Shown: positions 1 through 11,250 of the stretch, in pieces
Position numbering within the stretch: the first letter of the stretch is position 1
Layout: every line of letters starts with the position of its first letter
Origin: Enterobacteriaceae endosymbiont of Donacia provostii
Lineage (GTDB): Bacteria > Pseudomonadota > Gammaproteobacteria > Enterobacterales > Enterobacteriaceae
Assembly: GCF_012570145.1 (NCBI RefSeq)
Contig: NZ_CP046206.1
Coordinates: 122,324 to 154,323, forward strand
Length of the DNA stretch: 32,000 nucleotides
Direction: 5' to 3'
Notes under the pieces: model-generated
Told to the model about the DNA's origin: nothing
Seen by the model: the letters and a program-made list of their open reading frames with translations, nothing else
Databases searched by the model: none
Translations under genes and position numbers: made by a program

Positions 1-1386
1 ATGAGTATAAATCATTATATTTCTAATTTTCATTAATGCAGCCATTCTTATGGCATTACGACAATAATCTGAAAAAACTAAAAAAGTAGATGTATAAGTA
101 ATAAATCCATTATATAATGAAATTCCATTAGATATCGCAGTCATACCAAATTCTCTTACTCCATAATGAATATAATTACCATCTCTAAATTTATTAATTG
201 GTTTAGAATTATTTACAATAGTTAAATTACTACTAGATAAATCTGCAGAACCACCTAATAATTCTGGTAATAATACCGAATATTTTTGTAAAATATGTTG
301 TGATGCTTCTCTTGTTGAGAGAGATAAAAAATTATTATTTAATTGTAAAATATATTTATTGACTTTTTCATTCCAATTATTAGGTAAAATTTTATTTATT
401 CTTCTTTCAAATTCTTTTGCTAATATTGGAAATTTCGAACAATATTGTTTATATATTTTTTTCCATCTTTTTTCTTTTATATAACCTATTTGTTTAGCAT
501 TCCATGCTTTATAAATATGTGAAGGAATATAAAAAGGTTTATAATCCCATTTTAAAAATTTTCTTGTTAGTAAAATTTCTTTTTCACCTAATGGTGATCC
601 ATGTGAAATATTTTTATTTGATTTATTAGGAGAACCAAAAGCAATAATTGTGTTACAAATTAATAATGATGGTTTATTATTTATATCTGATTTAGCTAAT
701 TTAATAGCTTTTTCTATACTTTTATAATCATGTCCATCTATATTAGATATAACATTCCAACCATAAGATTCAAATCTTTGATGTGTATTATCATTAAACC
801 ATCCTTTAATATTACCATCTATAGATATTTTATTATTATCATATAATACTATTAATTTTTTTAATTTTAATGTACCAGCTAGAGAACAAACTTCATGAGA
901 AATACCTTCCATTAAACATCCATCACCAACAAATACATAAGTATAATGATTAATAATATTATAATTTGGTCTATTAAATTGTGCAGATAATGTTTTTTCC
1001 GCAATTGCTATTCCTACAGCATTTGCTAATCCTTGTCCTAAAGGACCTGTACTTGCTTCAATTCCAGGAGTACATCCAAATTCAGGATGTCCAGGAGTTT
1101 TAGAATATAATGTACGAAAATTTTTTAAATCATCAATAGATAAATCGTATCCAGTTAAATGTAATAAACTATAAAGTAACATTACACAATGTCCATTAGA
1201 TAGTATAAATCTATCTCGATTTATCCATAGAGGATTATTAGGATTATGATTTAGAAATTTACGCCAAAGTACTTCAGCTATATCTGCCATACCCATAGGA
1301 GCTCCAGGATGTCCTGAATTAGCATTTTCTATAGAATCTATACTTAAAAATCTAATAGCATTAACTATATCTTTTCTAGAAGTCAT
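1..1386 (-). CDS. tkt: transketolase, first 462 codons (3' end lies beyond the window start)
   Basis: Absent from the ORF track because it runs off the window. The reverse complement from the ATG at 1386 reads [41 protein letters not shown] ... [24 protein letters not shown] ... [33 protein letters not shown] checked the first 120 nt codon by codon and found no stops. Colinear with E. coli TktA from residue 1, including the GDG..EG thiamine-diphosphate motif. Confidence 0.95.
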   Translation of the reverse strand, partial: MTSRKDIVNAIRFLSIDSIENANSGHPGAPMGMADIAEVLWRKFLNHNPNNPLWINRDRFILSNGHCVMLLYSLLHLTGYDLSIDDLKNFRTLYSKTPGHPEFGCTPGIEASTGPLGQGLANAVGIAIAEKTLSAQFNRPNYNIINHYTYVFVGDGCLMEGISHEVCSLAGTLKLKKLIVLYDNNKISIDGNIKGWFNDNTHQRFESYGWNVISNIDGHDYKSIEKAIKLAKSDINNKPSLLICNTIIAFGSPNKSNKNISHGSPLGEKEILLTRKFLKWDYKPFYIPSHIYKAWNAKQIGYIKEKRWKKIYKQYCSKFPILAKEFERRINKILPNNWNEKVNKYILQLNNNFLSLSTREASQHILQKYSVLLPELLGGSADLSSSNLTIVNNSKPINKFRDGNYIHYGVREFGMTAISNGISLYNGFITYTSTFLVFSDYCRNAIRMAALMKIRNIMIYTH

Positions 1387-1582
1387 AATATATATAATTC
1401 CTAAATTTAAAATATTTTATAAAAAATTCTTTATATAAAGAAATATATACGTAAAATGTTTTAAAATCTATTCATTATAATTTTAAAATTTTTAATTAAT
1501 TAAAAATTTTAATTTTATATATATTTATTTTAAAAAAAATATATACTAAAATAATTAAATATATTTATAGGATATAAGATTA

Positions 1583-2740
1583 ATGACAGAATATTTATTT
1601 ACTTCAGAATCTGTATCAGAAGGACATCCTGATAAAATTGCAGATCAAATTTCTGATGCAATATTAGATAATATTCTTAAACAAGATATTTATGCACGTG
1701 TAGCATGTGAAACATATATTAAAAATAATATGGTATTAATTGGAGGTGAAATAACTACTACAGCTAATATTAATATTGAAAAAATAGTAAGAAAAACTAT
1801 AAAAGAAATTGGATATAATAATTCTATTAATAAATTTAATGCTGATACATGTACAATATTAAATATTATTAGTAAACAATCAGAAGATATTAATAATGGT
1901 ATAACATCTCATTTAAATGAGTATAATCAAGGAGCTGGAGATCAAGGGTTAGTATTTGGATATGCTAATAATGAAACTAATGTTTTTATGCCAGCTCCTA
2001 TTCTTTATGCACATAAATTAATGTATCAACAAGCACAAATTAGGAAGAAAAAAATTCTATCATGGTTAGAACCAGATGCAAAAAGTCAAATTACATTTAA
2101 ATATAAAAATAATAAAATTATAAATATAGATTCAGTTGTTTTATCTACGCAAATTTCTAAAGAAATATCTTCTAAAAAATTAGAAGAAGCTATTATGGAA
2201 GAAATTATTAAACCAGTTTTACCAAAAAAATGGATTAATAAACAAACTAAATTTTTTATTAATCCTTGTGGTCGTTTTTTAATAGGAGGACCATTTGGAG
2301 ATTGTGGTTTAACAGGGAGAAAAATTATTGTTGATACTTATGGAGGTATGGCTAGACATGGTGGAGGATCTTTTTCAGGTAAAGATCCATCTAAAATAGA
2401 TAGATCTGCAGCGTATGTAGCACGTTATTTAGCAAAAAATATAGTTGCATCTAAATTAGCTTCACATTGTGAAATACAAATAGCATATATTATTGGTATT
2501 GCTAAACCAATTTCTATTATGGTAAATACTTTTGGTACTAGTAAAGTTTCTGATAAAAATATTATGTTATTTATTAAAGAAAATTTTGATTTAAGACCTT
2601 TTAATTTAATTAAAATGTTAAATCTTTTAAAACCTATATATAAAAAAACTGCATCATATGGACATTTTGGAAGAAATATTTTTACATGGGAACAAACAAA
2701 TAAAATAAATAAATTTAAAAATTTTTTTAATATTAAATAA
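1583..2740 (+). CDS. metK: S-adenosylmethionine synthetase
   Basis: 385 aa, colinear end to end with E. coli MetK. Shared stretches include [74 protein letters not shown] and TASYGHFGR. Confidence 0.98.
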   Translation: MTEYLFTSESVSEGHPDKIADQISDAILDNILKQDIYARVACETYIKNNMVLIGGEITTTANINIEKIVRKTIKEIGYNNSINKFNADTCTILNIISKQSEDINNGITSHLNEYNQGAGDQGLVFGYANNETNVFMPAPILYAHKLMYQQAQIRKKKILSWLEPDAKSQITFKYKNNKIINIDSVVLSTQISKEISSKKLEEAIMEEIIKPVLPKKWINKQTKFFINPCGRFLIGGPFGDCGLTGRKIIVDTYGGMARHGGGSFSGKDPSKIDRSAAYVARYLAKNIVASKLASHCEIQIAYIIGIAKPISIMVNTFGTSKVSDKNIMLFIKENFDLRPFNLIKMLNLLKPIYKKTASYGHFGRNIFTWEQTNKINKFKNFFNIK

Positions 2741-2758
2741 AAATAAATTTTATTTAAT
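2732..2758. terminator. perfect 11-bp A/T-only inverted repeat (attaaataaaa / ttttatttaat, 5-nt loop) at the convergent metK/gyrA junction; possible weak terminator
   Basis: The arms at 2732..2742 and 2748..2758 are exact reverse complements. The left arm overlaps the metK stop codon (2738..2740). A U-rich stretch follows on the + strand (atattttat). The stem has no G/C pairs, so predicted stability is low. Confidence 0.3.
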
Positions 2759-2777
2759 ATTTTATAAATATAAAAAT

Positions 2778-5315
2778 TTAAATCTTTTGTAATCCTATAA
2801 CTGTTTCATTAGGTTTAGTTTTAATTATAGTAACGCCCTGAGTATTACGTCCTATAATACCAATTTCAGATATATTAATACGTATTAATGTACCTAAATT
2901 AGTTATGATAACAATTTGATCATTTTTTTTAACTTTTAAAGCTCCTACTAATAAGCCATTTCTTTTATTAATTATCATAGATAAAATTCCTTTAGTATAT
3001 CTATTTCTTATAGGAAATAATTTATTATTTGTACATTTGCCATATCCATTTTCTGTTATAGTAAATATATTATCACTAGATAATTTTTTTATAATAATTA
3101 ATGAAACAACAAAATCACTTTTTTGTTTTAAAATATTAATTCCTTTTACTCCTATTGTATTTCTTCCCATAGATCTTAATTTTGTTTCACAAAATTTTAC
3201 TACCTTCCCTTTAGAAGTAAATAACATAATTTTATCTTCTATATCTAAAATAGAAGTACTAATTAAAGTATCATTATTTTTTAATTTTATTGCTATAATA
3301 CCATTAGATCTAGGACGACTAAATTTTTGTAAATTAGTTTTTTTTACTATTCCTTTTTTGGTTACCATAATTAAATTAGAAGTATTTTTATATTTGTTTA
3401 CTATAATTAAATTAGTAATTTTTTCTTTTTTTTGTAATGTAATTAAATTAATAATTGGTTTTCCTAAAGAAAATCTACTAGATTGAGGAATGTTATATAC
3501 TTTTAACCAATATACTTTACCTATACTAGAAAAACATAAAATATTATCATGAGTATCAGCTACTAAAATTTTATAAATAAAATCATTTTCTTTTAATTTA
3601 GTAGTTAATTTACCTTTACCTCCTCTATGTTGTAAACGATATTCATTTATTTTATGATATTTAATATATCCATAATAAGATAAAGTAATAATAACTTTTT
3701 CATGAACAATTAAATCTTTTATATCTATAATATGTGCATTTTTATTTAGAATAATTTCAGTTTTTCTTTTATCTCCAAATTCATTTTTAATCATAACTAA
3801 TTCATTATATATTACTTTCATTAAATATTTATAATCATTAATAATTTTAAATAATTTAGAAATTTTATATATCAAATTTTGATACTCTATACATAATTTT
3901 TTATGTTCTAATGTTGTTAGTTTATTTAATTTTAAATCTAAAATAGCTTTTATTTGATTATTACTAAAATGATAACTTTGATTAAATTTAACTAAATTAG
4001 AATTATTTAAATAACTATTTAAGATTTTTTGTTCTTTTAATAAAAATAATTGTGATATATCTGGTATTTTCCAAGATTTAATACAAATTTTATTTTTAAT
4101 TGTTTCTGATATTTTAGAAGAACGTATAATTTTTATTATTTCTTCTATATTTAATAATGCAACTATTAATCCTTCTAAAATATGTGCTTTATTACGGTCT
4201 TTACTAATTTGATAATTTGTTCTTCTAATTACTATTTCACGACGATGAGAAATAAATGCTTTAATAATACTTTTTAAAGACATTAAAACAGGTTCGCCCC
4301 TATATAAGGAAACCATATTTATACTAAAAGTAGTTTGTAAAGGTGTTAATGTATATAAATTATTTAAAATAATTTTAGTTGAAATATCTTTTTTTATTTT
4401 AATTAAAATTCTAATTCCATCTTTATCTGATTCATCTCTTAAAGTTTTAATACCATGAATTTTTTTTTCTTTTATTAATAAAGCTATTTTTTTAATTAAT
4501 TTAGCTTTATTTACTTGATAAGGTAATTCATAAATTATAATAGTTTTATAATTTTTTTTTTGATTTTTAATAATTTTTGTACGTCCTCTAAGAAAAATTT
4601 TACCTTTACCTGTAGAGTAAGCATTTTGAATACCATTAATACCATAAATAATACCTGATGTTGGAAAATCTGGACCTGTAATATAATTCATTAACTCTTT
4701 TGTAGAAATTTTATTATCATTAATATATGCTAAACATCCATTAATTACTTCTGTAATATTATGTGGAGGTATATTAGTTGTCATACCTACAGCTATTCCT
4801 GATGATCCATTTATTAATAAATTAGGTATTTTTGTAGGCATTATTTCAGGAATTTTTTCTGTTCCATCATAATTAAATAAATAATTTACTGTATTTTTTT
4901 CTAAATCATTAATAATTTCTTGTGATATTTTAGACATTTTAATTTCTGTATAACGCATAGCAGCAGCAGAATCTCCATCAATAGATCCAAAATTTCCTTG
5001 TCCTTTAATTAATGGATATCTTAATGAAAATGATTGTACTAATCTTACAATTGTATCATATACTGCATTATCACCATGAGGATGATATTTACCTATAACA
5101 TCTCCTACTATTCTAGCCGATTTTTTATAAGATTTATTCCATGTATTACCTAATATATACATAGCGTATAATATACGTCTATGTACCGGTTTTAATCCAT
5201 CTCTTACATCAGGTAAAGCTCTACCAACTATAACTGACATTGCATAATCTAAATAAGAATTTTTTAATTCTTCTTCAATATTAATCAATTTTATTTCTTT
5301 AGCAAAAGAATTCAT
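2778..5315 (-). CDS. gyrA: DNA gyrase subunit A
   Basis: 845 aa. The N-terminus is nearly identical to E. coli GyrA ([27 protein letters not shown]). Also present: the active-site Tyr context AAMRYTEI, the [24 protein letters not shown], and a GyrA-box-like HRGGKGK in the C-terminal domain. Confidence 0.98.
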   Translation of the reverse strand: MNSFAKEIKLINIEEELKNSYLDYAMSVIVGRALPDVRDGLKPVHRRILYAMYILGNTWNKSYKKSARIVGDVIGKYHPHGDNAVYDTIVRLVQSFSLRYPLIKGQGNFGSIDGDSAAAMRYTEIKMSKISQEIINDLEKNTVNYLFNYDGTEKIPEIMPTKIPNLLINGSSGIAVGMTTNIPPHNITEVINGCLAYINDNKISTKELMNYITGPDFPTSGIIYGINGIQNAYSTGKGKIFLRGRTKIIKNQKKNYKTIIIYELPYQVNKAKLIKKIALLIKEKKIHGIKTLRDESDKDGIRILIKIKKDISTKIILNNLYTLTPLQTTFSINMVSLYRGEPVLMSLKSIIKAFISHRREIVIRRTNYQISKDRNKAHILEGLIVALLNIEEIIKIIRSSKISETIKNKICIKSWKIPDISQLFLLKEQKILNSYLNNSNLVKFNQSYHFSNNQIKAILDLKLNKLTTLEHKKLCIEYQNLIYKISKLFKIINDYKYLMKVIYNELVMIKNEFGDKRKTEIILNKNAHIIDIKDLIVHEKVIITLSYYGYIKYHKINEYRLQHRGGKGKLTTKLKENDFIYKILVADTHDNILCFSSIGKVYWLKVYNIPQSSRFSLGKPIINLITLQKKEKITNLIIVNKYKNTSNLIMVTKKGIVKKTNLQKFSRPRSNGIIAIKLKNNDTLISTSILDIEDKIMLFTSKGKVVKFCETKLRSMGRNTIGVKGINILKQKSDFVVSLIIIKKLSSDNIFTITENGYGKCTNNKLFPIRNRYTKGILSMIINKRNGLLVGALKVKKNDQIVIITNLGTLIRINISEIGIIGRNTQGVTIIKTKPNETVIGLQKI

Positions 5316-5402
5316 GTAAATAAATATCCTTTAAACTTTAATTAAATTAATTTTAATAAAAAAATAAGAAAATTTATATTTAATGTTTTAATTTATTAAA
5401 AA

Positions 5403-7793
5403 TTAGTTTAAAATATTATAATGTTCTAGTTGTTTAATTTTTTTTTTTGCTTGATTAATAACTTCTTTAGGAATTCCTGCTAAAGATGCCACAAATAAAC
5501 CATAATTTTTATTTATTGAACCATTTTTAATTTTATATAAAAAAACAATAGAATTATTTAATTCTACTGCATCAAAATATATATTTTTTATACATTTATT
5601 AGTATTTTTTAAATTAGTTAGTTCAATATAATTAGTTGCAAATAAAGTAAGTGACTTAATCTTTTTAGCCATATTTTCTGCACAAGACCATGCAATTGCT
5701 AATCCATCATATGTTGATGTTCCTCTACCTATTTCATCCATTAAAACTAAACTTTTATTTGTTGCGTTTCTTAAAATATTAGCTGTTTCGATCATTTCTA
5801 CCATAAATGTAGATAATCCAGAAGAAATATCGTCTGTTGATCCTATTCTAGTAAATATTCTATCTATTGGTCCTATAATAGCTTTATCAGCTGGAATATA
5901 ACTTCCTATATAAGTCATTAAAATAATTAATGCAATTTGCCTCATATACGTACTTTTTCCCCCCATATTTGGGCCTGTTATTATTAACATATGATTTTTT
6001 TTTGTTAAAGATATATTATTAGGTATAAATGGTAATTCACTAATATTTTCTACAATAGGATGTCTTGAATTAATTAAAGATATTCCTATTTTATCATCAA
6101 TAATAGGACAGTTATAATTTAAAGTTAAAGAACGTTCAGCTAAATTACATAATACATCTAATTCTGATAAATATAATGATAACTGTTGTAAATTTTTTAA
6201 AAAAAGATTTATATAATCAAATAATTTATTATATAATTTTTTTTCTAAAGTTAAAATTTTTTCTTTAGAATACAAGATGTTTTTTTGATATTCTTGTAAT
6301 TCAGGTATTGTATATCTATTAAAATTTTTTAAAGTTTGAATCTGAATATATTTCTTTGGTATATTTAATTTATAATTTTTACTAATTTGAATATAATATC
6401 CATGTATTGTATTAAATCCTATTTTTAATTTTTTAAATTTTAATAAATTACGTTCATTTTCTTCTAAAGAAGATAAATATTTTTTAGAATCTTTAGAAAA
6501 TTTTCTTAGTTTATCCAATGAAGAATTATATCCAGTAGCTATTACATTACCTTCTTTTAAAGAAATTGAAGGATTTTTTTTTATAGATTTTATTAAAAAA
6601 TTTTTTAATTTAGAAAATAATCCTAAATTTAAAAATTTTAATTTTATTTCACAATTATTTATAATTTTTAATATTTTATGAATTTTTGGTAAATAAATTA
6701 ATGTTTTTCTTAAAGAAACTAAATCATTTGGTTTAGCAGATTTTAATGATAATCGGGCAATAATTCTTTCAATATCATTAATTTTTAATAAATTTTTTTT
6801 AAATTTTAAATAATATTTTTGTAATACGGAAATATTTTTTTGTCTATTTTTAATAATTTTAATGTTTCTGATTGGATTATTTAACCAACGTTTTAATAAA
6901 CGACTACCCATACTAGTAACAGTATGATCTAATACTTTTATTAAAGTATTACTATTACCAGAAATACTATTAATAATTTCTAGATTTTTACGAGTATTTT
7001 CATCCATAATAATTTCATTATTATGATGTTCTAAAAAAATATTATTGATATGGGGTAAATATACTTTTTGAGTATCTTGAACATATTTAAGTAAACAACC
7101 TGCTGTTCTAATTGCTAAAAGTGAATTTTCCATATCAAAAACTTTTAAATTTTTAGTCCCAAATTGCATATTTAATTTTTTTCGAGATATATCTATATCA
7201 AATTCCCATAATGGTCTACATTGAATAAATTTTATTTTTTTTATTAAATTCATATTATGAAAATTTTCTGGATATAATAATTCTGTTGGATTTGTTCTTT
7301 GTAATTCTCCAGAAATTATATTAATATCCTGATTTTCTATAACTCTAAAATCACCAGAACTAATATTTAATGTTGCATAACCAAATCCTAATTTTACATC
7401 ATAATAAATAGCAGCTAATAAATTATCGACATAATTTTTTAATAAAATATCATCACTTACTGTTCCAGGAGTAATTACACGAACAACTTTTCTATCTAAA
7501 ATTTTTTTTTTATATAATGAATTTTTTTGTTCTATTTGTTCACAAATTGCTATTGATTCTCCTAATTTAACTAATTTAGATAAATAATTTTCAACTTTAT
7601 TTACTGGTATACCTGCCATTGGTATGGGTTTTCCATATATTTTTCCCCTTTTAGTTAATACAATATTTAATAATTTAGATGCTTTTTCAGCATCTTGAAA
7701 AAACATTTCATAAAAATCTCCTAATCTATAAAATAGAAGAATACTAGGATATTTTTTTTTAATTTTTAAATACTGTTTTATCATAGGTGTCAT
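5403..7793 (-). CDS. mutS: DNA mismatch repair protein MutS (short form lacking the C-terminal ~50-residue domain)
   Basis: 796 aa. Contains the mismatch-binding motif LGDFYEMF (Phe-x-Glu), Walker [14 protein letters not shown], and [18 protein letters not shown]. The protein ends shortly after the KEVI..A..K...LE helix. Confidence 0.97.
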   Translation of the reverse strand: MTPMIKQYLKIKKKYPSILLFYRLGDFYEMFFQDAEKASKLLNIVLTKRGKIYGKPIPMAGIPVNKVENYLSKLVKLGESIAICEQIEQKNSLYKKKILDRKVVRVITPGTVSDDILLKNYVDNLLAAIYYDVKLGFGYATLNISSGDFRVIENQDINIISGELQRTNPTELLYPENFHNMNLIKKIKFIQCRPLWEFDIDISRKKLNMQFGTKNLKVFDMENSLLAIRTAGCLLKYVQDTQKVYLPHINNIFLEHHNNEIIMDENTRKNLEIINSISGNSNTLIKVLDHTVTSMGSRLLKRWLNNPIRNIKIIKNRQKNISVLQKYYLKFKKNLLKINDIERIIARLSLKSAKPNDLVSLRKTLIYLPKIHKILKIINNCEIKLKFLNLGLFSKLKNFLIKSIKKNPSISLKEGNVIATGYNSSLDKLRKFSKDSKKYLSSLEENERNLLKFKKLKIGFNTIHGYYIQISKNYKLNIPKKYIQIQTLKNFNRYTIPELQEYQKNILYSKEKILTLEKKLYNKLFDYINLFLKNLQQLSLYLSELDVLCNLAERSLTLNYNCPIIDDKIGISLINSRHPIVENISELPFIPNNISLTKKNHMLIITGPNMGGKSTYMRQIALIILMTYIGSYIPADKAIIGPIDRIFTRIGSTDDISSGLSTFMVEMIETANILRNATNKSLVLMDEIGRGTSTYDGLAIAWSCAENMAKKIKSLTLFATNYIELTNLKNTNKCIKNIYFDAVELNNSIVFLYKIKNGSINKNYGLFVASLAGIPKEVINQAKKKIKQLEHYNILN

Positions 7794-7896
7794 ATTTTGT
7801 ATTTATATTTTTCTCAAGTATAATAATTGTTAGTTTTAATATACTAATAAAAATTTTTTATATAAAAATCTCAAATATATTTTTTTATAAAAATTA

Positions 7897-8628
7897 TTAT
7901 TTATCATCATCACTACTACTAATAGTACGTAATATAACAAAAAATAAATTAATAAAATCTAAATATAACATAAGAGCACCTAAAATAGCGTATCTTCTTA
8001 AATTATCTTTATCATGTTCATTTAAACTAATTTTTTTTGCAATATTTTTAAGTTTTTGAGTATCATAAGCTATAATTAATGTAAAAAAAATTACACCAAG
8101 ATAATTTACTACAGATTCTACAAAACTATTCTGTAACCATAAATTTATAAAAGAAGCAAATAATATTCCTATAATTCCCATAATAATTATACTACCTAGA
8201 TGGCTTAAATCTTTTTTAGTAATAAAACCCCAAATACACATAGATAAAAACGTTAAAGATGTAGTCATAAATGCAGTAAAAATAGCATTTTGATTATATA
8301 TAGAAAATATTCCTGCTGTTGTAAATCCTGTTAAACAAGAATAAAACATAAATAAAGTAGTAAGTGTTTTACCAGATAATTGATTTATAAAATTAGAAAT
8401 AGTAAAAACTAATATAAATTGTATAAAACAAATACTTAATAAAAAATATTTATTATTTAATAAATAATTTGTAATTTGTATAGTATTAGATACATACCAA
8501 GCAACAAATGAAGTTAACAATAAACCACAAAACATCCAACCATATACTTTTCTAAAGTATTTTTTTATATAATAATTTTTTTCTTTTTTTAATAAAGTAG
8601 TACTTTTAAAATTTGGATATTCTATCAT
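7897..8628 (-). CDS. ybhL: BAX inhibitor-1/YccA family inner-membrane protein (YbhL-like)
   Basis: 243 aa, multi-pass hydrophobic. Matches E. coli YbhL as I recall it (VYGWM..GLLLT.FVAWY, AYDTQKLKN, LR.Y.ILGAL.LYLDFINLF). Confidence 0.85.
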   Translation of the reverse strand: MIEYPNFKSTTLLKKEKNYYIKKYFRKVYGWMFCGLLLTSFVAWYVSNTIQITNYLLNNKYFLLSICFIQFILVFTISNFINQLSGKTLTTLFMFYSCLTGFTTAGIFSIYNQNAIFTAFMTTSLTFLSMCIWGFITKKDLSHLGSIIIMGIIGILFASFINLWLQNSFVESVVNYLGVIFFTLIIAYDTQKLKNIAKKISLNEHDKDNLRRYAILGALMLYLDFINLFFVILRTISSSDDDK

Positions 8629-8765
8629 AAATATTACCTTTAAAATTTAACCAAATTATTTAAATAAATATTAATTTATATTAAAAATATTTCAATTATA
8701 AATTATTATATTATAATATATAATATATTAATTATACAGTATTTAATTTAATTAAATGTCATATA

Positions 8766-9689
8766 ATGGTTCATATTCCAGTTTTATTAAAAGAATCTAT
8801 TAAAAGTTTAAACATTAAACATAATGGAACATATATAGATGCTACTTATGGTTGTGGAGGACATACAAAATTAATTTTATCTAAATTAAGTAAATATGGG
8901 AAAATTTATGCTATAGATCGTGATATAAAAACATTATCAAAATATAAAATTTTAGATAAAAGAATTACTTATATTAATGATAATTTTTCTAATTTAAAAT
9001 ATTTTTTAAAAAATAAAATAGGTAAAATAGATGGTATTTTATTTGATTTAGGTATTTCATCTTTTCAACTCGAAAATCCTGAAAGAGGTTTTTCTTATAT
9101 GTATAATGGACCATTAGACATGCGTATAAATCAAAATGAAAAAGTGACTGCTTATAATTTATTAAATAATATAAATGTGAAAAAATTATCATATATATTG
9201 AAAACATATGGTGAAGAAAAATATCATAAAAAAATAGCATTTTATATTAAAAAATATATTTTAAAAAAAAAACTAAATAGTACACATGATTTATCAAATT
9301 TAATTTGTTCTATTATTAATAAAAAAAATAAATTTAAACATCCAGCAAAAAGATCTTTTCAAGCTATAAGAATTTTTTTAAATCAAGAAATAAAAGAATT
9401 AAAAAAAGCATTAAATATTTCATTAAAATTATTAAAATTAGGAGGAATTATATCAATTATTAGTTTTCATTCTATAGAAGATAGAATTATAAAATTATTT
9501 ATGAGAAAAAATAGTTCTTACCAAAATAAAATTAATAGTAAATTACCTTTAACAGAAAAACAAATAAATAATTTTTGTCAAAAAAAATTGCAATTAAAAA
9601 TTATTGGTAAAATTTTTCCTAAAAAAAATGAAATTTTAAAAAATTCAAGATCTAGAAGTGCAATATTACGTATTGCACAAAAAATATAA
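8766..9689 (+). CDS. rsmH: 16S rRNA (cytosine1402-N4)-methyltransferase
   Basis: 307 aa. Shared stretches: HIPVLLKE, YIDATYGCGGH, GKIDGILFDLGISSFQL, ERGFSYMYNGPLDMR, FKHPAKRSFQAIRI, ISFHSIEDRI, RSRSAILRIA. It occupies the first position of the dcw cluster, with no mraZ upstream. Confidence 0.95.
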   Translation: MVHIPVLLKESIKSLNIKHNGTYIDATYGCGGHTKLILSKLSKYGKIYAIDRDIKTLSKYKILDKRITYINDNFSNLKYFLKNKIGKIDGILFDLGISSFQLENPERGFSYMYNGPLDMRINQNEKVTAYNLLNNINVKKLSYILKTYGEEKYHKKIAFYIKKYILKKKLNSTHDLSNLICSIINKKNKFKHPAKRSFQAIRIFLNQEIKELKKALNISLKLLKLGGIISIISFHSIEDRIIKLFMRKNSSYQNKINSKLPLTEKQINNFCQKKLQLKIIGKIFPKKNEILKNSRSRSAILRIAQKI

Positions 9690-9744
9690 AAAATAACAAT
9701 TTTGAGATAAGTTTAATAAATTTATTTATACTAAGGATTTATAA

Positions 9745-11250
9745 TTGAGTCTTTCTTTATTTAGTTTGCAAAAATTATTAAATAATTATATTAAACATTA
9801 TTTAATAAAAAATATTTTAATAAATAAAATTGTTTTAGATAGTAGAAAAATTAAAGGTAAAAATTGTTTATTTATAGCAATTAAAGGACATAAACATGAT
9901 GGTAAAAGTTTTATAAAACAAGCTATATTAAAAGGAGTAGTTGCAATATTAACTTATTCTGATGAAAAATTCTTACCTTATACAATAAAACTTAAAAAAA
10001 ATATACCTATTATTTATTTACCTAATTTAAATAAACAAATTTCATATTTAGCAGGATTATTATATAATCATCCAAGTAAAAAAATTCCTGTTATTGGAAT
10101 AACAGGAACTAATGGAAAGACCAGTATAACACATTTTTTAATGCAGTGGTTTAAAATATTAGGTTATAAACCTGCTGTTTTAAGTACCATAGGAAATGGT
10201 TTCGAAAATCATTTAATTCAAACAAAAAATACTACTGATTCTGCTATAGATATACAATATACACTAAAAAAATTTCTTGATCAAAAAGCAGATATTGTAA
10301 TTATGGAAGTTTCTTCGCATGGATTAGATCAATTTAGAGTATCTAATATAATATTTTCTATTGGAATTTTTACAAATTTAACAAGAGATCATTTAGATTA
10401 TCATAAAAATATGAAAAATTATGAATTATCTAAATGGAAATTTTTTTATAACCATAAAATAAAAACAAGAATTATTAATATTGATGATAATATAGGATTA
10501 AAATGGTATAAAAAGTTATCTAATATTACTGTAGTAACTACTAAATTTAAACAAATATTAAATAAATCAAATTCCTTTATATATATTAAAAAAATAATTT
10601 ATTTTTCTAATCATACAATTATTCAATTTAGTTCTAATTGGGGAAATGGAAAAATAAAAATAAATTTAATAGGTCAATTTAATGTAATTAATATTATGTT
10701 ATGTATGGCTACATTATTAAATTTAAATTTTCCTTTAAAAAAATTAATAAAAACAGTTTCAAAAATTTTACCTATCCCAGGAAGAATGCAAAAAGTTTTT
10801 ATTAAAAATAAATATACTAATATAATTATTGATTATGCTCATACTCCTGATGCACTTAAAAATGTACTATTAAGTTTAAAATTAAATATTCAAGGTAAAA
10901 TATGGTGTATTTTTGGATGTGGAGGTGAAAGAGATAAAGGGAAAAGACCAATAATGGGATATATCGCTACAAAATATGCTGACAATATAATTTTGACCAC
11001 TGATAATCCTAGAAATGAAAATATTAATAGTATTATTAAAGATATTAAGAAAGGATGTATTACATTAAAAAATGTTTATATTATTTTAAATAGAATAGAA
11101 GCTATTTCTTATGCAATATCTCATGCAAATAAAACAGATACTATTCTAGTAGCTGGTAAAGGACATGAAAATTATCAAATTGTAGGTAATAAAATTTTTA
11201 ATTATTCAGATTTTAATGCTATTAAAAAAATTTTTGAAAATATCAAATGA
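9745..11250 (+). CDS. murE: UDP-N-acetylmuramoyl-L-alanyl-D-glutamate--2,6-diaminopimelate ligase
   Basis: 501 aa, colinear with E. coli MurE. Contains GITGTNGKTS, VSSHGLDQFRV, FTNLTRDHLDYH, DYAHTPDAL, FGCGGERDKGKRP, the meso-DAP-type DNPR motif and AGKGHENYQ. Uses a TTG start at 9745 preceded by aagga (9733..9737). Its stop overlaps the murF start (ATGA). Confidence 0.95.
   Translation: MSLSLFSLQKLLNNYIKHYLIKNILINKIVLDSRKIKGKNCLFIAIKGHKHDGKSFIKQAILKGVVAILTYSDEKFLPYTIKLKKNIPIIYLPNLNKQISYLAGLLYNHPSKKIPVIGITGTNGKTSITHFLMQWFKILGYKPAVLSTIGNGFENHLIQTKNTTDSAIDIQYTLKKFLDQKADIVIMEVSSHGLDQFRVSNIIFSIGIFTNLTRDHLDYHKNMKNYELSKWKFFYNHKIKTRIINIDDNIGLKWYKKLSNITVVTTKFKQILNKSNSFIYIKKIIYFSNHTIIQFSSNWGNGKIKINLIGQFNVINIMLCMATLLNLNFPLKKLIKTVSKILPIPGRMQKVFIKNKYTNIIIDYAHTPDALKNVLLSLKLNIQGKIWCIFGCGGERDKGKRPIMGYIATKYADNIILTTDNPRNENINSIIKDIKKGCITLKNVYIILNRIEAISYAISHANKTDTILVAGKGHENYQIVGNKIFNYSDFNAIKKIFENIK

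Noticed and set aside
1441-1470. Possible MetJ box (atacgtaa) upstream of metK
   Set aside because: It is only a partial, single match to the AGACGTCT metbox. There are no tandem copies, and it is indistinguishable from background in this AT-rich spacer.
3037-3486. 149-aa ORF on the + strand
   Set aside because: It lies entirely antisense within the well-supported gyrA CDS. Its composition is low-complexity F/I/L/N, as expected from reading an AT-rich gene on the opposite strand, and I recognise no motif.
7787-8059. 90-aa ORF on the + strand spanning the mutS start and the ybhL 3' end
   Set aside because: It overlaps the mutS start codon region and runs antisense to the ybhL-like gene. It is a low-complexity F/I/S/L product typical of a spurious AT-rich ORF.
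8989-9240. 83-aa ORF on the - strand
   Set aside because: Antisense inside rsmH, whose product aligns end to end with E. coli RsmH. It has no recognisable features.
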